A DNA stretch of 64,000 nucleotides from contig JAKOMP010000016.1 of the NCBI GenBank assembly GCA_022241785.1, positions 2,040-66,039 on the forward strand. Direction: 5' to 3'. Positions 29,187 to 39,276 of this stretch are shown piece after piece (within the stretch, counting starts at the first letter, position 1; every line of letters starts with the position of its first letter). The position numbers and the translations under genes are program-made. The stretch is from Cyanocohniella sp. LLY (GTDB lineage: Bacteria; Cyanobacteriota; Cyanobacteriia; Cyanobacteriales; Nostocaceae). The notes beneath the pieces were generated by a model. It saw only the letters and a list, made by a program, of their open reading frames with translations, did not search any database and was not told where the DNA came from.

Positions 29187-30227
29187 TTAAGCTCGACGAC
29201 CTGCATATTTATCAAATACTGCTTGAGAGTAGGGAACTAATTTATCAATAATTCCAGCATCGAAGAATACTTGTTGGTCTGCAAGATATGCTGCTTCACT
29301 AATAGAGGCATTTCTAGGAACTGACAGTTGCAATTCAGTCTGAAGACCTGTCAGAATCGCATCTAAATTTGCTCCTTGAAAACGTTGTCCCACCGCATCT
29401 AGGATTTTTTCTGGTGAAGTCTGATGCATATATTCAAAAGTGCGATTGACTGCTGTAACTAATCTCTCAACGACTTCAGGTTTTTCAGTAGTAACTCGTT
29501 CGTGACTCAGCCAAGCACGGGTCATAGCTTCCGGAGCGCCAAAATATTTTTGATGTGTCGCGGGTTCCAGAGCATTAACCAATTGGACAACAGTTCCTTC
29601 TTTGAGTAGTCTGTGCAAATCAGGCGCACCAGTTACCGCCGCGTCTACCTGACCACTGGTTAGTAGTGCATAAGTCGTGCTATTTGTACTTTGCACATAT
29701 TCCACATCTTTTTCACTCAGACCGTGTTGACGCAAATATTTGACTGACACAGCCCAGCCCCAAGAACCAACCTCACCGACAGAGAACTTTTTTCCCTTGA
29801 GGTCATTCACTGTTTTGACTTGAGATTGCAAATCAGAACGGATAACTAAGGAAGTATCTACTAGATTACGGCGATTAGCGACAACATTTAGAGGGACTCC
29901 CTTCAGCTGAGAGAGATAGACGTGTAAAGGTGCTTGGGCAGAAAAATCGATTTCTCCCGCAATTAGAGCATCTCGCATTCTCCCGCCGCCTTGGAATTGA
30001 ATCACTTCTGCACTTAAGCCCGCCTCCTTAAAGTAACCCAAATCCTCTGGAATCCAAACATCAATGGAGTTAATACCGCTTACTGCGCCTAGTCTGACTT
30101 TAATAGTTCCCTGAGTTCCCTGATCAGCCACAGATTGATTGATAGTGTTATCTGCACAAGAGATTGTCGTGACAGCAGTTGCTAATCCTATAGAAGTGTA
30201 TTTTAAAAAGTCTCTACGTGAAGTCAT
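29187..30227 (-). CDS. ABC transporter substrate-binding protein (NMT1/THI5-like, NitT/TauT family) with a Tat signal
   Basis: MTSRRDFLKYTS twin-arginine motif. 346 aa. Confidence 0.8.
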   Translation of the reverse strand: MTSRRDFLKYTSIGLATAVTTISCADNTINQSVADQGTQGTIKVRLGAVSGINSIDVWIPEDLGYFKEAGLSAEVIQFQGGGRMRDALIAGEIDFSAQAPLHVYLSQLKGVPLNVVANRRNLVDTSLVIRSDLQSQVKTVNDLKGKKFSVGEVGSWGWAVSVKYLRQHGLSEKDVEYVQSTNSTTYALLTSGQVDAAVTGAPDLHRLLKEGTVVQLVNALEPATHQKYFGAPEAMTRAWLSHERVTTEKPEVVERLVTAVNRTFEYMHQTSPEKILDAVGQRFQGANLDAILTGLQTELQLSVPRNASISEAAYLADQQVFFDAGIIDKLVPYSQAVFDKYAGRRA

Positions 30228-30277
30228 AGATTTATTTGAGATATATCTAAATTAGAAACATTAGAAATAGGTGGAAC

Positions 30278-30303
30278 TACGGTATAGCGATCGCCAAGTC
30301 CCA
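30278..30303. promoter_or_regulatory. Half-site copy of the 26-bp box
   Basis: TACGGTATAGCGATCGCCAAGTCCCA. Only the left arm is conserved. It lies 50 nt upstream of the binding-protein gene. Confidence 0.3.
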
Positions 30304-30332
30304 CCATTTTGTAGTGGACTAACACAGTAAAT

Positions 30333-30410
30333 GTAGGTTGGGTGGAAGAACGAAAGAAACCCAACCTTACCCAATATTTGGTTTGCTTCGTTGGGTGGCG
30401 CTGCGCTTAA
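30333..30410. repeat. Hairpin-forming dispersed repeat
   Basis: AGGTTGGGT (30335-30343) pairs with ACCCAACCT (30359-30367). A related GTAGGTT hairpin lies at 40705-40740. Confidence 0.6.
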
Positions 30411-30481
30411 CTACAATTTTTTTGCAACATTTTAGTTATGTCAGTCCACTGCTAGCTTAGGTGTGATCAAATCCTTGCCAT

Positions 30482-31426
30482 TTAAGACACAGATAACGAA
30501 GCAACTCGGTTGCTAACGATGCGCTCAAAAGTGGCATCAGGTTCAATAAGTCCCCAATTCACCATCCAGTCGTAGGTACGTTGAAAGTCAGTTTCAGCGT
30601 ATGGTGCTGGGTCGGCGTAGCGCAATCGGTTACGACGGAAGTCTGAGGGTCCAAGCTTTACAATATCCTCTGCTACGTCGTCGATCAGATATTGGACATA
30701 TTGCAGAGGGTCTTTTTGTAGGTCTTTCACAGCGCGACGAATTGCTCTGTTGATGGCCTCGAATGTTTCTTCATCCAAGTCTGGACTACCAATCTCTAGG
30801 CCTACATAGTGTGCCTCAGCGATAATTTTGTAGCCGAGTTTTTCTGCTACTGTAATCCAGGGTTCCATAACGGCAACAGCATCAACAACTCCGTCACGCA
30901 AAGCAACAAAGCGGTTGAAACGTTTTCCTTGACCACCACCATCGATATGTACTACTTTGATTTCTTCTTTGGGTAAGAAACCTTCCAGGGTTTGAATAGC
31001 GATGTAGTGGGAGCCGTGGTGAAAGTTAACACCGACGGGTACGTTAGCTAAATCCTGAGGAATATTGTAGGGTGAATCGGGTCGCACAATGATTGCTTGG
31101 CTGGCAATGGCAGCACGTTTGGCTACAACTTGACCACCACGAGAACTGTCATAAGTGCGTCTCACTTGTCCCCACTCACAAGCACGGTAGAGGGTGGTAT
31201 CTCCTTGTTCAAATAGGGATTTTCCGTTACCACCAAAAGAACTAACTTGGTGATGATCTTCAATTAGTTTAATTTCTGGTGGACGTTCATAGTTGCGCTT
31301 CACAAATTCGATATCAATCCCTTCGTCTGCGAAGTAGCCTTGATCGCGAGCTACATAGTACGGCAACGAGAACACAGTCCCACTGATCTCATTCTTGATC
31401 TTTTTGAGTGTTGCAGAGTTACTCAT
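30482..31426 (-). CDS. Signal-less NMT1/THI5-like (SBP-fold) protein
   Basis: Periplasmic-binding-protein type II fold pattern, but no signal peptide from the preferred ATG at 31426. Confidence 0.6.
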   Translation of the reverse strand: MSNSATLKKIKNEISGTVFSLPYYVARDQGYFADEGIDIEFVKRNYERPPEIKLIEDHHQVSSFGGNGKSLFEQGDTTLYRACEWGQVRRTYDSSRGGQVVAKRAAIASQAIIVRPDSPYNIPQDLANVPVGVNFHHGSHYIAIQTLEGFLPKEEIKVVHIDGGGQGKRFNRFVALRDGVVDAVAVMEPWITVAEKLGYKIIAEAHYVGLEIGSPDLDEETFEAINRAIRRAVKDLQKDPLQYVQYLIDDVAEDIVKLGPSDFRRNRLRYADPAPYAETDFQRTYDWMVNWGLIEPDATFERIVSNRVASLSVS

Positions 31427-31499
31427 GATCTGTGTGGATATAAATTTTATAATCAATGTTTATTCTCCGGTATCTACACGTATTTAGTCAAGATTAAAG

Positions 31500-32240
31500 T
31501 TATTGGGGCGAGTCAGTATTTTGAGTTTGTTTATCTAGTAATCGTTGGACGATTTGCCGCCTACTAGCTTGAAACTTTTGACTGGCGGCTTGAACACGAG
31601 CAGTTATGGACGGAGGAGCAGTTTGGGGAGAGCCACTATTAAAGGGTGGTTGGGGATTGTATTCTATGGCTAGTTGAATTTCTTGAGCGTAGGCGTAGCC
31701 CGTCGTAGACATCGCTTCTGTAAACAACTCGGCTGCGATCGCTAATCCAAAATCAATTCCAGCTGTGACACCACCGCCTGTAATCCGATTCCGGTCAATT
31801 ACTACTCTTTCTCTGACTACTTCTACTCCCAATAACTCTAGTACGTTTAGTGATAACCAGTGAGTAGTAGCACGATAACCTGTCAGTAAACCAGCCGCAG
31901 CTAAGAGTAAGGAACCAGTACAAACAGAGGTGACGTAGCGGGCTTGTTCCTCTTGGGTTTTGAGAAAATCTAAGAAACTTTGGTCTTCCATTTTGGCATT
32001 GACTCCAGGGCCTCCTGGCACAAACAACACATCCAACTTCGGTGCTTGAGCAAAAGTTGTGTTAGGTAAAACAATCAAGCCGCGATCGCTCGATATCGGT
32101 TCTAGAGTTTCTGCTAACAGATATAACTTTGTATTTGGCAATCTAGAAAAGACTTCATAGGGTGCGGTGAAGTCTAATTGTGTCAGGTTGGAAAACAGTA
32201 TTATCCCGATGGATACAGAAATATCTTCTTTGGTACTCAT
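31500..32240 (-). CDS. DJ-1/PfpI family protein
   Basis: Nucleophile elbow SVCTGSLLLA. The preferred start is MSTKEDISVSIGIILF. Confidence 0.75.
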   Translation of the reverse strand: MSTKEDISVSIGIILFSNLTQLDFTAPYEVFSRLPNTKLYLLAETLEPISSDRGLIVLPNTTFAQAPKLDVLFVPGGPGVNAKMEDQSFLDFLKTQEEQARYVTSVCTGSLLLAAAGLLTGYRATTHWLSLNVLELLGVEVVRERVVIDRNRITGGGVTAGIDFGLAIAAELFTEAMSTTGYAYAQEIQLAIEYNPQPPFNSGSPQTAPPSITARVQAASQKFQASRRQIVQRLLDKQTQNTDSPQ

Positions 32241-32374
32241 TACTTTATCTCCTGGTTGAGTCTGATGTTCTGATATATCAGCACCTACCATTACCAAATT
32301 ATGGTGACTACTGAAATCTAAAAAAATATAAACTACAGTAATCCTATCGACAAACTGTATAACTATTTCTTAAC

Positions 32375-32402
32375 TACGGTAAGTCTATAGACAAACCGGG
32401 TA
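32375..32402. promoter_or_regulatory. Copy of the TAC...GTA box with 2 extra nt
   Basis: TACGGTAAGTCTATAGACAAACCGGGTA, in the divergent region between the DJ-1 and DUF442 genes. Confidence 0.5.
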
Positions 32403-32570
32403 TTATAAGTAAAGCAAAAAAATTAAACGCATCTTCCAGCTAATTCAGATGTCATCAAAGGATATCTAGTTTTATTTGGAAAATTTTGGCATACGTATTT
32501 TAAATAGCTGCTTATAGGTTTCTAAAGCAGGCATTTACCAACTCAGGCGAGAAAGTCAAAAGGAGTAAAA

Positions 32571-33044
32571 GTGATCAACAGTATCCGGGTTAGCGAAAAT
32601 TTCACAACAACAGGACAAGTCATCCCACAACAACTTGAGCAAGCTATTCAAGAAGGTTTTAAATCTGTGTTAAATTTGCGATCGCCTGATGAATTAGGAT
32701 TTAAACCAGATGAGCAACAAATAGCAGAATCATTAGGACTAAATTATGTCAATGCACCTTTAAAGTTAGAAGAATTGAATGAAGAGTTAATTACTAAAAT
32801 TCTTGAGATATTAAAAGAACTTCCTAAACCAGCTGTCATCCATTGTGCAGCAGCTATGCGTTCCACAGGGATTGCATTATTAAGTATTGCTATTGAAGAA
32901 GGATTAACACCAGAACAAACCCTAGCCAAAGCTCGAAGTTTAGGCTTCGGTTTTATTGAACACCCTCATGTTAGTCCCCGATTAAAAGGAGTATTTGTAG
33001 ACTATCTGAATAAACACACTAAAGTAGCCGTAACAGCAGGATAA
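32571..33044 (+). CDS. DUF442 (beta-lactamase-hydrolase-like / phosphatase-like) sulfur-metabolism-associated protein
   Basis: 157 aa with an IHCAAAMRS P-loop-like motif. The start is GTG, preceded by AAAGGAG. Confidence 0.6.
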   Translation: MINSIRVSENFTTTGQVIPQQLEQAIQEGFKSVLNLRSPDELGFKPDEQQIAESLGLNYVNAPLKLEELNEELITKILEILKELPKPAVIHCAAAMRSTGIALLSIAIEEGLTPEQTLAKARSLGFGFIEHPHVSPRLKGVFVDYLNKHTKVAVTAG

Positions 33045-33078
33045 ACGTGCTGAATAGTCACAAAAATTGTGTAATGAG

Positions 33079-33101
33079 AGAGACGCGTTAATCGCGTCTC
33101 T
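33079..33101. terminator. Hairpin between convergent genes (no clean U-tract)
   Basis: AGAGACGCG-TTAAT-CGCGTCTCT. Confidence 0.4.
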
Positions 33102-33111
33102 AAAAACTAAT

Positions 33112-33927
33112 TCAAGTCCAGTTGCGTACCACAACAATCTTAAACTGGCGTTCCTCGGAAAAATCGTAATCTAGAGAACTAAAACGTTGCAAAGTCCACT
33201 CACGTAAATCTTGAACAGCACGAGTAAAAATATCATCAGGAATTGCCCAAGATGCACTTTGGGTTTTGTTTTCATGATTTTCTAGTAACGTACCCACAGT
33301 TTGCTGAAATTGCCATTTGGCAGCAATTACCGTTTCTAAAGTCACGCCTTGTGTTTCCAACTCAGTTAATACTTCCTCTTGCGTCGCACCATAACGAGGT
33401 AAGGGATGACCATAATCATCTAAAATAGCCCGCCAACGCTGAGAAAATTCCCACCTATCAGGATTAGTGTCCGCACTAGGTTGAGTAGCATTAGCTTGAC
33501 TATGACTATAAAGGTAAATCCCCCCTGACTTGAGGACACGGCGAATTTCTGCCAATGCTTGCTTCCAATTAGAAATTAGATGAAATACATGAACCGTCAC
33601 AGCGACATCAAAAGAATTTTCCTCGAATGGTAAAGCAGTAGCATCTCCTTGAATGGCTGTTAACTTGTGAGACACACCCTCTAGTTTTTGATGCAATTCA
33701 GCCAACATTTTCTCAGAGACATCTATTCCTGTATAGGAATAACCTCTTTTCGCAATTGGTACAGCGATTCTACCAGTACCAATACCAGTTTCAAAAAACT
33801 TAGTTTCTGGGGTAGCGGAAACTAGGTTGAGGATAAAATCAGTGACTTGTTCAGAAATTTCAGGAGGAAATCCCCGTGTAGCATCGTAAATATCAGAAAC
33901 TCGGTCAAAAGAAATCACCTTAGTCAT
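33112..33927 (-). CDS. Class I SAM-dependent methyltransferase
   Basis: ETGIGTGRIA motif I. 271 aa. Confidence 0.75.
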   Translation of the reverse strand: MTKVISFDRVSDIYDATRGFPPEISEQVTDFILNLVSATPETKFFETGIGTGRIAVPIAKRGYSYTGIDVSEKMLAELHQKLEGVSHKLTAIQGDATALPFEENSFDVAVTVHVFHLISNWKQALAEIRRVLKSGGIYLYSHSQANATQPSADTNPDRWEFSQRWRAILDDYGHPLPRYGATQEEVLTELETQGVTLETVIAAKWQFQQTVGTLLENHENKTQSASWAIPDDIFTRAVQDLREWTLQRFSSLDYDFSEERQFKIVVVRNWT

Positions 33928-34061
33928 AAATTCTGCCTTGATAGTTAGAGAAAATCAACTCAAAATATTGAGCATTTATAAATGCACTGCCAACAATTAA
34001 TAATTGTTAATTAAGAATTACATACAGCCTGCCTAGCAGCATCCGCAGGAAAGATTACGAA

Positions 34062-34826
34062 TTAAATACGTCCCCAAATTAAAATCCGCTTGTAGGGAAA
34101 AAAGAATGGACGCTCATCGGGTAAAATCTCAAATAACTTTTGCTGATAACGCTGGACAAATTTTTCATAAGTTGCGCTCTCTAAATGTGATTCATAAGCT
34201 GTTAATAATGAGCCACGATACCATTCAGCTACGGCTTCTCTTGAAGGTAATACATGACCGTAAATTTGAAGTTTTACGTTTTGTTTAATAAAGCCTAACT
34301 TATAAAGTAGTTTGGCATAATCGGCTGGAGATAGTACTTTTAATCGCCGCACATACCCCCCCAATTCTTCACTAAATTCTTTTGCTGTCTCCACTGCTAA
34401 CTGATGCACTGGCTCATCATCCATTGTGGGAATTTGTATAGCCAATTGTCCATTTGGTTGTAGCTTATTTCGTAATTTTGTCAGTAAAATTTCATGCCCT
34501 ATCAACCACTGTAAAGCAGCATTAGAAAAAACTACATCAAACTTTCCGTCCCCTGGATTATCTTCAATTTTTCCTAGTTCAAAGCGTAGTCCATCACCTT
34601 CGTATTGACGTGCCTTTTGCAACATATTTTCCGAAGCATCTATTCCTATAGTTTCCCTTGCTGCTAGGGTATCATGCAGATATTTCGTGAGCTTTCCTGT
34701 TCCAGATCCTAAGTCTATAACTCGTAAATTCTCTTGGTGTTGGATCAAATCTACCAAGTCGTAAAATGGACGACTGCGTTCTGCTTGAAACCTTTCATAT
34801 TGTTCAGGATTCCATTTATCTGACAT
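34062..34826 (-). CDS. Trans-aconitate 2-methyltransferase-like (Tam family) methyltransferase
   Basis: From the internal ATG the protein begins MSDKWNPEQYERFQAERSRPFYDL, the hallmark Tam N-terminus. DLGSGTG is motif I. Confidence 0.7.
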   Translation of the reverse strand: MSDKWNPEQYERFQAERSRPFYDLVDLIQHQENLRVIDLGSGTGKLTKYLHDTLAARETIGIDASENMLQKARQYEGDGLRFELGKIEDNPGDGKFDVVFSNAALQWLIGHEILLTKLRNKLQPNGQLAIQIPTMDDEPVHQLAVETAKEFSEELGGYVRRLKVLSPADYAKLLYKLGFIKQNVKLQIYGHVLPSREAVAEWYRGSLLTAYESHLESATYEKFVQRYQQKLFEILPDERPFFFPYKRILIWGRI

Positions 34827-35236
34827 TTTGATATCCCTGGAAAATTTGTTAAAAAATGAGAAATAGGGGAGATAGTTGTCCTCATCCCCCATTTTTAGTT
34901 ATGCCCAATATTGTGGAAGTCATCTTTTTTCTCCTGTAATTTTTGGATGTCTATTGCTAGATATGAAACTACTTTTGAGTTGTTAATTTGAATATTTCTA
35001 TTTCCGTACAAAAAATAGATAGTCATACTAAAAGCAACAACTATGACAAATCTGCGGACTAATTGAGGTTCCAGCTTACGTGCATAATGAGTAGTTAAAT
35101 AACCTTTGTAAATCCGGTTCTACGTATCCACCGATTAAAAATAAACCGACTACGAGATGTTCGGAAAACAAAACTCGCACGGTGACATTATGAAACGTCA
35201 ACACAAACGAGGATAGAAGAACCGTCAGTATTATTT

Positions 35237-35833
35237 TTAAGACTCTGGCTTTGTTGCTTGCAGGGATGGTCGCTGGGAAAACTCATCATACCATTGTGCC
35301 AGTTTGGGATAATTTGGTCGCCATTGAAGTTCAGGTAGACGAATTTCTAGTCCTAGTGCAGAAGCAAGGGTGATATGAGCAAGCTTAGGAGTTTGATCGA
35401 GTCTATCGGAAATCTTCTCAAAGTAATCCAAGATTCTTAAAGCACGCGATCGCTCTAACTCGATTATGCTAGGTGATTGCTCACTTTCATGACGAAATTT
35501 TCGCTCTCTTGTCCAGGTACTAATACCATCTATAAACGCCGTTGTGATGCCTTCTAGCTGCTGGGAAAATCCGTCAGAATCGTCAGCGACAATTTTGATT
35601 TCTGGATTTAATCGGTTTAGATAAGCGACAATGATTCGGGTTTCACTCAAAATAAATCCGTCATCAGTGGCCAAGGTTGGTACTTTTCCTGTGGGATTGT
35701 AATTGAGTAATTCGCTATGGCGATCGCGTATCGTGACTTCTTGCAGTTCCACTTGATCAACTAAATCTAGCTCAATAATTGCTACACGCGCTATACGTGC
35801 GTATTGGGATGTTTTTCTGGAGAAGAGTTTCAT
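35237..35833 (-). CDS. Glutathione S-transferase family protein
   Basis: 198 aa with a GKVPTL...SE motif in the thioredoxin-like N-domain. Confidence 0.65.
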   Translation of the reverse strand: MKLFSRKTSQYARIARVAIIELDLVDQVELQEVTIRDRHSELLNYNPTGKVPTLATDDGFILSETRIIVAYLNRLNPEIKIVADDSDGFSQQLEGITTAFIDGISTWTRERKFRHESEQSPSIIELERSRALRILDYFEKISDRLDQTPKLAHITLASALGLEIRLPELQWRPNYPKLAQWYDEFSQRPSLQATKPES

Positions 35834-35847
35834 AAAAAAGGGTGATG

Positions 35848-35890
35848 TTTTTCAGTATCTCTTCCCGAACAGAGAAGAGATACTGAAAAA
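35848..35890. repeat. 17-bp perfect inverted repeat with a 9-nt loop
   Basis: TTTTTCAGTATCTCTTC-CCGAACAGA-GAAGAGATACTGAAAAA. Confidence 0.85.
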
Positions 35891-35896
35891 TTAGTG

Positions 35897-36372
35897 TCAA
35901 ATAGCAGCACCTGCTAATTCAGGAGATGCAACTTGGGTAAATTGGTTAACTGGACGAGGTAAACCAAGATTTTCTCGTAGGGTGCTACCTTCATACTCAG
36001 TCCGGAACAAACCAGGGATGCAAACTTGCGGGCGATGTGAAAGGGTTCTTCGTAGGTAGTTGATGCTGTTGCTACTAACCCAATATTTTTTGTAACTACA
36101 GATAGGGCTGATAACAAGGTTAGGGGTTCAAAGTGGACGCTAAATTGTCCCGAACGACTAAAAGCTTCTTTCCCCTGTCCGCGATCCCAGACGGCTAAAC
36201 CATCGGCGAGGAACACCATGTCAAATTTGCCCCGTTCGGCATGTGCTAGTTGCTGGTAATGCTGAAAATTTAAGCCCCCATCTGCTTGAGATTGGGGGTG
36301 TCGCCATGCTGCTACGTGATGGCCGGAACCGGGTAAGAATGCGCCTAGTTTGATTTGTTTTTTCGTAGTCAT
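35897..36372 (-). pseudogene. NtaA/SnaA/DszA-type LLM flavin monooxygenase with a large internal deletion
   Basis: The first about 120 codons (..GAFLPGSGHHVAAWRHP..HIARKFASL) match the family N-terminus. The family C-terminus FRTEYEGSTLRENLGLPRPVNQF... is present in another frame and ends at TGA (complement of 35897-35899). About 300 codons are missing. Confidence 0.7.
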
Positions 36373-36432
36373 AATTATGAAATTTGCATACCGCCAAGGG
36401 GAAACCAGGCAATAGGGAGGGAAATTTTGCTT

Positions 36433-37299
36433 CTATTCAGGGTAAAAAACGAATGTCCGTAGTTCGATGCTTTCCCGTGGAGGAGCATCTGCTGGGCTTG
36501 TGGGGTCTGTAAAAGCTGTATGAGCCGCAAAACGCGCGATTCCCTCTTCTGCGGAATCAAAACACTTAATAAATAGTGCCTCATCGCTGTGCATTTGCGG
36601 AAAATAATACCATTGATGCTGAGGATTATAGGTAGCCGAATAAGTTTCACCCACGCGATCGCGGTACACCAAATCACCAGCTATCAGGTCTGTAGGTGCA
36701 ATACTTTGAGCATCACACAATGCTAAAGGTGACTCTTGAATAGGTTGAGCGATCGCTCGCCAAACGTTAATAATGGCAAAACGTCGTTGCAATAAACTAT
36801 CAATATTTTCTATTCTCCGTGCAGTTAATTCTCGACGGGCGCGAGTATAGCCAGATTTTGCTGTAAAGTCGTTATGTACGCGCTTGGCAGGTTCTTTAAT
36901 ATTATTTTCACCAGGCTTAGACTGACCAGCATTACGCAAAGTGTGATCAAATATCACCACCTGAGTTGCACCTGTGACATCTTTTAATAACTGCTCTGCT
37001 TCTGGATAGTAGACACGCCGTACTTCGTCTTCATCATAAAAGTTACTGACATTAGTTTCATGTCTAGTAAATGCAAATCCTTCTCGATCTAACAAGATTT
37101 GCTCAGAGATAGAACGAGCATTGTAAATTGGTAACTTGTGTGTCTGATGAGTGCCATTAGAGCGAGGAATCCCGGCTGGCGGTTCATAAGTATAGTTAAT
37201 TGGTTTTTCTGCCATTGGAACCAGGTAACTGAGGTTAGCCTCTACGTATGGCAGTTTTGCGGAAACTGGTTTGTCTAGAATTTGGCTATCTAGGCTCAT
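36433..37299 (-). CDS. CmcJ/NvfI (AsaB-like) family oxidoreductase
   Basis: RVHNDFT, NVWRAI..P..SPLALCDA and SIELRTFVF motifs. I prefer the start at MSLDSQ. Confidence 0.6.
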   Translation of the reverse strand: MSLDSQILDKPVSAKLPYVEANLSYLVPMAEKPINYTYEPPAGIPRSNGTHQTHKLPIYNARSISEQILLDREGFAFTRHETNVSNFYDEDEVRRVYYPEAEQLLKDVTGATQVVIFDHTLRNAGQSKPGENNIKEPAKRVHNDFTAKSGYTRARRELTARRIENIDSLLQRRFAIINVWRAIAQPIQESPLALCDAQSIAPTDLIAGDLVYRDRVGETYSATYNPQHQWYYFPQMHSDEALFIKCFDSAEEGIARFAAHTAFTDPTSPADAPPRESIELRTFVFYPE

Positions 37300-37422
37300 A
37301 GTTTTTATCCTGATTGTTTGACCCAACTTTTGATAAGGGACTTCCAGAAAATAAATTACTCTACAAAAAACGAAAGACAGCATTCATTTAAGAATGATAA
37401 TAATTATTTTTTAGGAAATATT

Positions 37423-37845
37423 TTATTTTTTGTAAGTCTCATTGTTTCCCAGATACCTTTGTAACCGTTGATTTAGAGTTCCTGTATGTAACTCAAATAA
37501 ATGGTTGTCGTAGTCGTAAAAATATAAGGAGCGCCCTTCTCCTTCTACACGACTTCGACCTTCCTTCACATCTAAATCAAGACTCCTAACTTTGGCAGTG
37601 TAAAGTTCGTAGTCTTCTTCGGTTATTTTAAAAGCCACATGGTTATAAGTTTTTTCTGGTAAAGAATCCCCTTCCATGATGGCAATCCATAAGCCATTTA
37701 TCAGGAAGAATTTTTCTTTTGAGATGGAGAAGGCTTGCTCACCACTATAATAAATCTCCTCAGCATCAAATATGGATACAAGGAATTTTGTCATATTCTC
37801 CAAGTTTTTGACGATGAATGTGATATGACTAATTCCTTCAATCAT
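37423..37845 (-). CDS. FosX/FosB-like VOC family protein (fosfomycin-resistance-type)
   Basis: 140 aa. It tracks my memory of Listeria FosX closely: SHITFIVKNL, EEIYYSG, KEKFFLINGLWIAIMEGDSL, TYNHVAF, EGEGRSLYFYDYDNHLFELHTGTL. Confidence 0.65.
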   Translation of the reverse strand: MIEGISHITFIVKNLENMTKFLVSIFDAEEIYYSGEQAFSISKEKFFLINGLWIAIMEGDSLPEKTYNHVAFKITEEDYELYTAKVRSLDLDVKEGRSRVEGEGRSLYFYDYDNHLFELHTGTLNQRLQRYLGNNETYKK

Positions 37846-37895
37846 TCTTCTTTGTTAGGTTGAGTTAGACTTCGGTTAATAAACACTCTTGCAAG

Positions 37896-38297
37896 TCATT
37901 TTATTTCCAAGGCAACAGATAGATTTCTGTACGCCTTTAGTTCGATTGCATTTCCACTCGGATCGCTTAACAGCATCTTTGCTTGCTCTGCGTCGGTATC
38001 CACACCAGAAACATTTGGCCTTACCTTGAACTGAATCCTCATTTCATCAAGGCGATTTGCAAGCGTCTCCCAATCACTCCACGCCAAAACAGCACCGAAG
38101 TGACGCACGCCATGTTCTTCTATCGGTAAAACCTCAGAGGGTCGTTCATGCAAAGTAATCTGTGCTTCAAAAAGAAATATGTCGAGCCACTTGTCACGGA
38201 TACGACCGACCTTGGCACCGAAGGTGGTGACATAAAAATTCTTAGATTCTTCTAACTCTCGGACGGGGAAGGCAAGATGAAAAATTGGGCGAAACAT
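37896..38297 (-). CDS. VOC (glyoxalase) family protein
   Basis: 133 aa with an FHLAFPV...GNAIELK pattern. Confidence 0.65.
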   Translation of the reverse strand: MFRPIFHLAFPVRELEESKNFYVTTFGAKVGRIRDKWLDIFLFEAQITLHERPSEVLPIEEHGVRHFGAVLAWSDWETLANRLDEMRIQFKVRPNVSGVDTDAEQAKMLLSDPSGNAIELKAYRNLSVALEIK

Positions 38298-38383
38298 AAC
38301 CAGAGTTATTTTTGAGTAAAAGGCTTTGGGACTATTTCAATTCATTACGTGCTGAAATTATGCACCTTTCTCCACCTTTTGCC

Positions 38384-39067
38384 TTACTTTTGTCCAGCAC
38401 CAACAGCAGTAGGTTGACCGAGAACCTTAGAAAATCTCTGCACGTAGAAATCTATCGGATTTGCTACTGCTTGAATTGAAGAGCGATCGCTTACTGCATT
38501 CCACCATGTTTGCAAACGGGGTGTTTTTGCTGGTAGTTGGAATTGACGGAAGTGATCTAAAACAGGTAAGCGTTCAAACCAAGGATAGAAGCTAATATCC
38601 ACCAAACTAAACTGCTCCCCTAACCAGTAAGGGCCATTTTCAGATAACTTAGCTAATCCTTCTTGCTCTATATATAACAATGCTTCTGTAAACTCTCGTC
38701 GTCCTTGTTCTTGTTCTTGTGCATCCTTACCACGCAAGAACTTGTTAAACGCAGGTACTAATCGAGTGTTGGCGTAGTCGATCCAGAGGCGGGCGATCGC
38801 TTTTGTTGCAGGATCAGCAGGTAATAACGCTGGTTCGGGAAACACTTCTTCTAAATATTCATTGATAATTGCAGATTCATAGAGTTCCACATCTCCATGT
38901 TTGATGGCTGGAACTTTGCCATAACGGGAAATATTGGTGTATCCATCTGGTTTGTTTTGTAAATCAATTTCAATCTGGCTAAAATCAATACCTTTCTCTA
39001 ACAAAACCACACGGGTACGTTGCGAGAAGGTAGAAGCTTTAGCAAAGTAAAGTTGAACGTTACTCAT
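38384..39067 (-). CDS. Glutathione S-transferase (Ser-type paralogue of 44982-45647)
   Basis: YGKVPAI..ESA.INEYL and FYPWFER blocks are shared with 44982. The active-site position reads AKASTFSQR. Confidence 0.75.
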   Translation of the reverse strand: MSNVQLYFAKASTFSQRTRVVLLEKGIDFSQIEIDLQNKPDGYTNISRYGKVPAIKHGDVELYESAIINEYLEEVFPEPALLPADPATKAIARLWIDYANTRLVPAFNKFLRGKDAQEQEQGRREFTEALLYIEQEGLAKLSENGPYWLGEQFSLVDISFYPWFERLPVLDHFRQFQLPAKTPRLQTWWNAVSDRSSIQAVANPIDFYVQRFSKVLGQPTAVGAGQK

Positions 39068-39222
39068 GGAGTGCTTTCCTTTGTAAAAATGATGTTGCTG
39101 ACTATGGGATTGAGATAAATAAGCACCTAGCCCTGGCGATTATAAAAGCAGCCCAAGGATGCCGCTAGGCTGTACGGGGCCGACTTGTAATAGCAGGTGT
39201 TTATCTATGCTAGATTGCATAT

Positions 39223-39248
39223 TACGGTTTATCAATAGATTTACCGTA
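39223..39248. promoter_or_regulatory. 26-bp TAC-N20-GTA palindromic box, the best palindrome
   Basis: TACGGTTTATCAATAGATTTACCGTA, upstream of the GST at 39067 (minus). Confidence 0.6.
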
Positions 39249-39276
39249 GTTTTAATTATCATACAATCTTTTGTAG

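Noticed and set aside
34893-35236. Possible frameshifted small membrane-protein gene on the minus strand between the Tam-like MT and the GST.
   Set aside because: My translations gave only short hydrophobic fragments in two frames with no recognisable family. That is not enough support to call a gene or a pseudogene.
35848-35890. The 17-bp inverted repeat as a rho-independent terminator.
   Set aside because: The T-run precedes and the A-run follows the stem on both strands, so there is no 3' U-tract in either direction. I kept it only as a structural repeat.
36221-36677. Overlapping minus-strand ORFs (36221-36412 and 36375-36677).
   Set aside because: These are alternative frames of the LLM pseudogene and of the CmcJ-like gene 3' end. 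They have no independent support.
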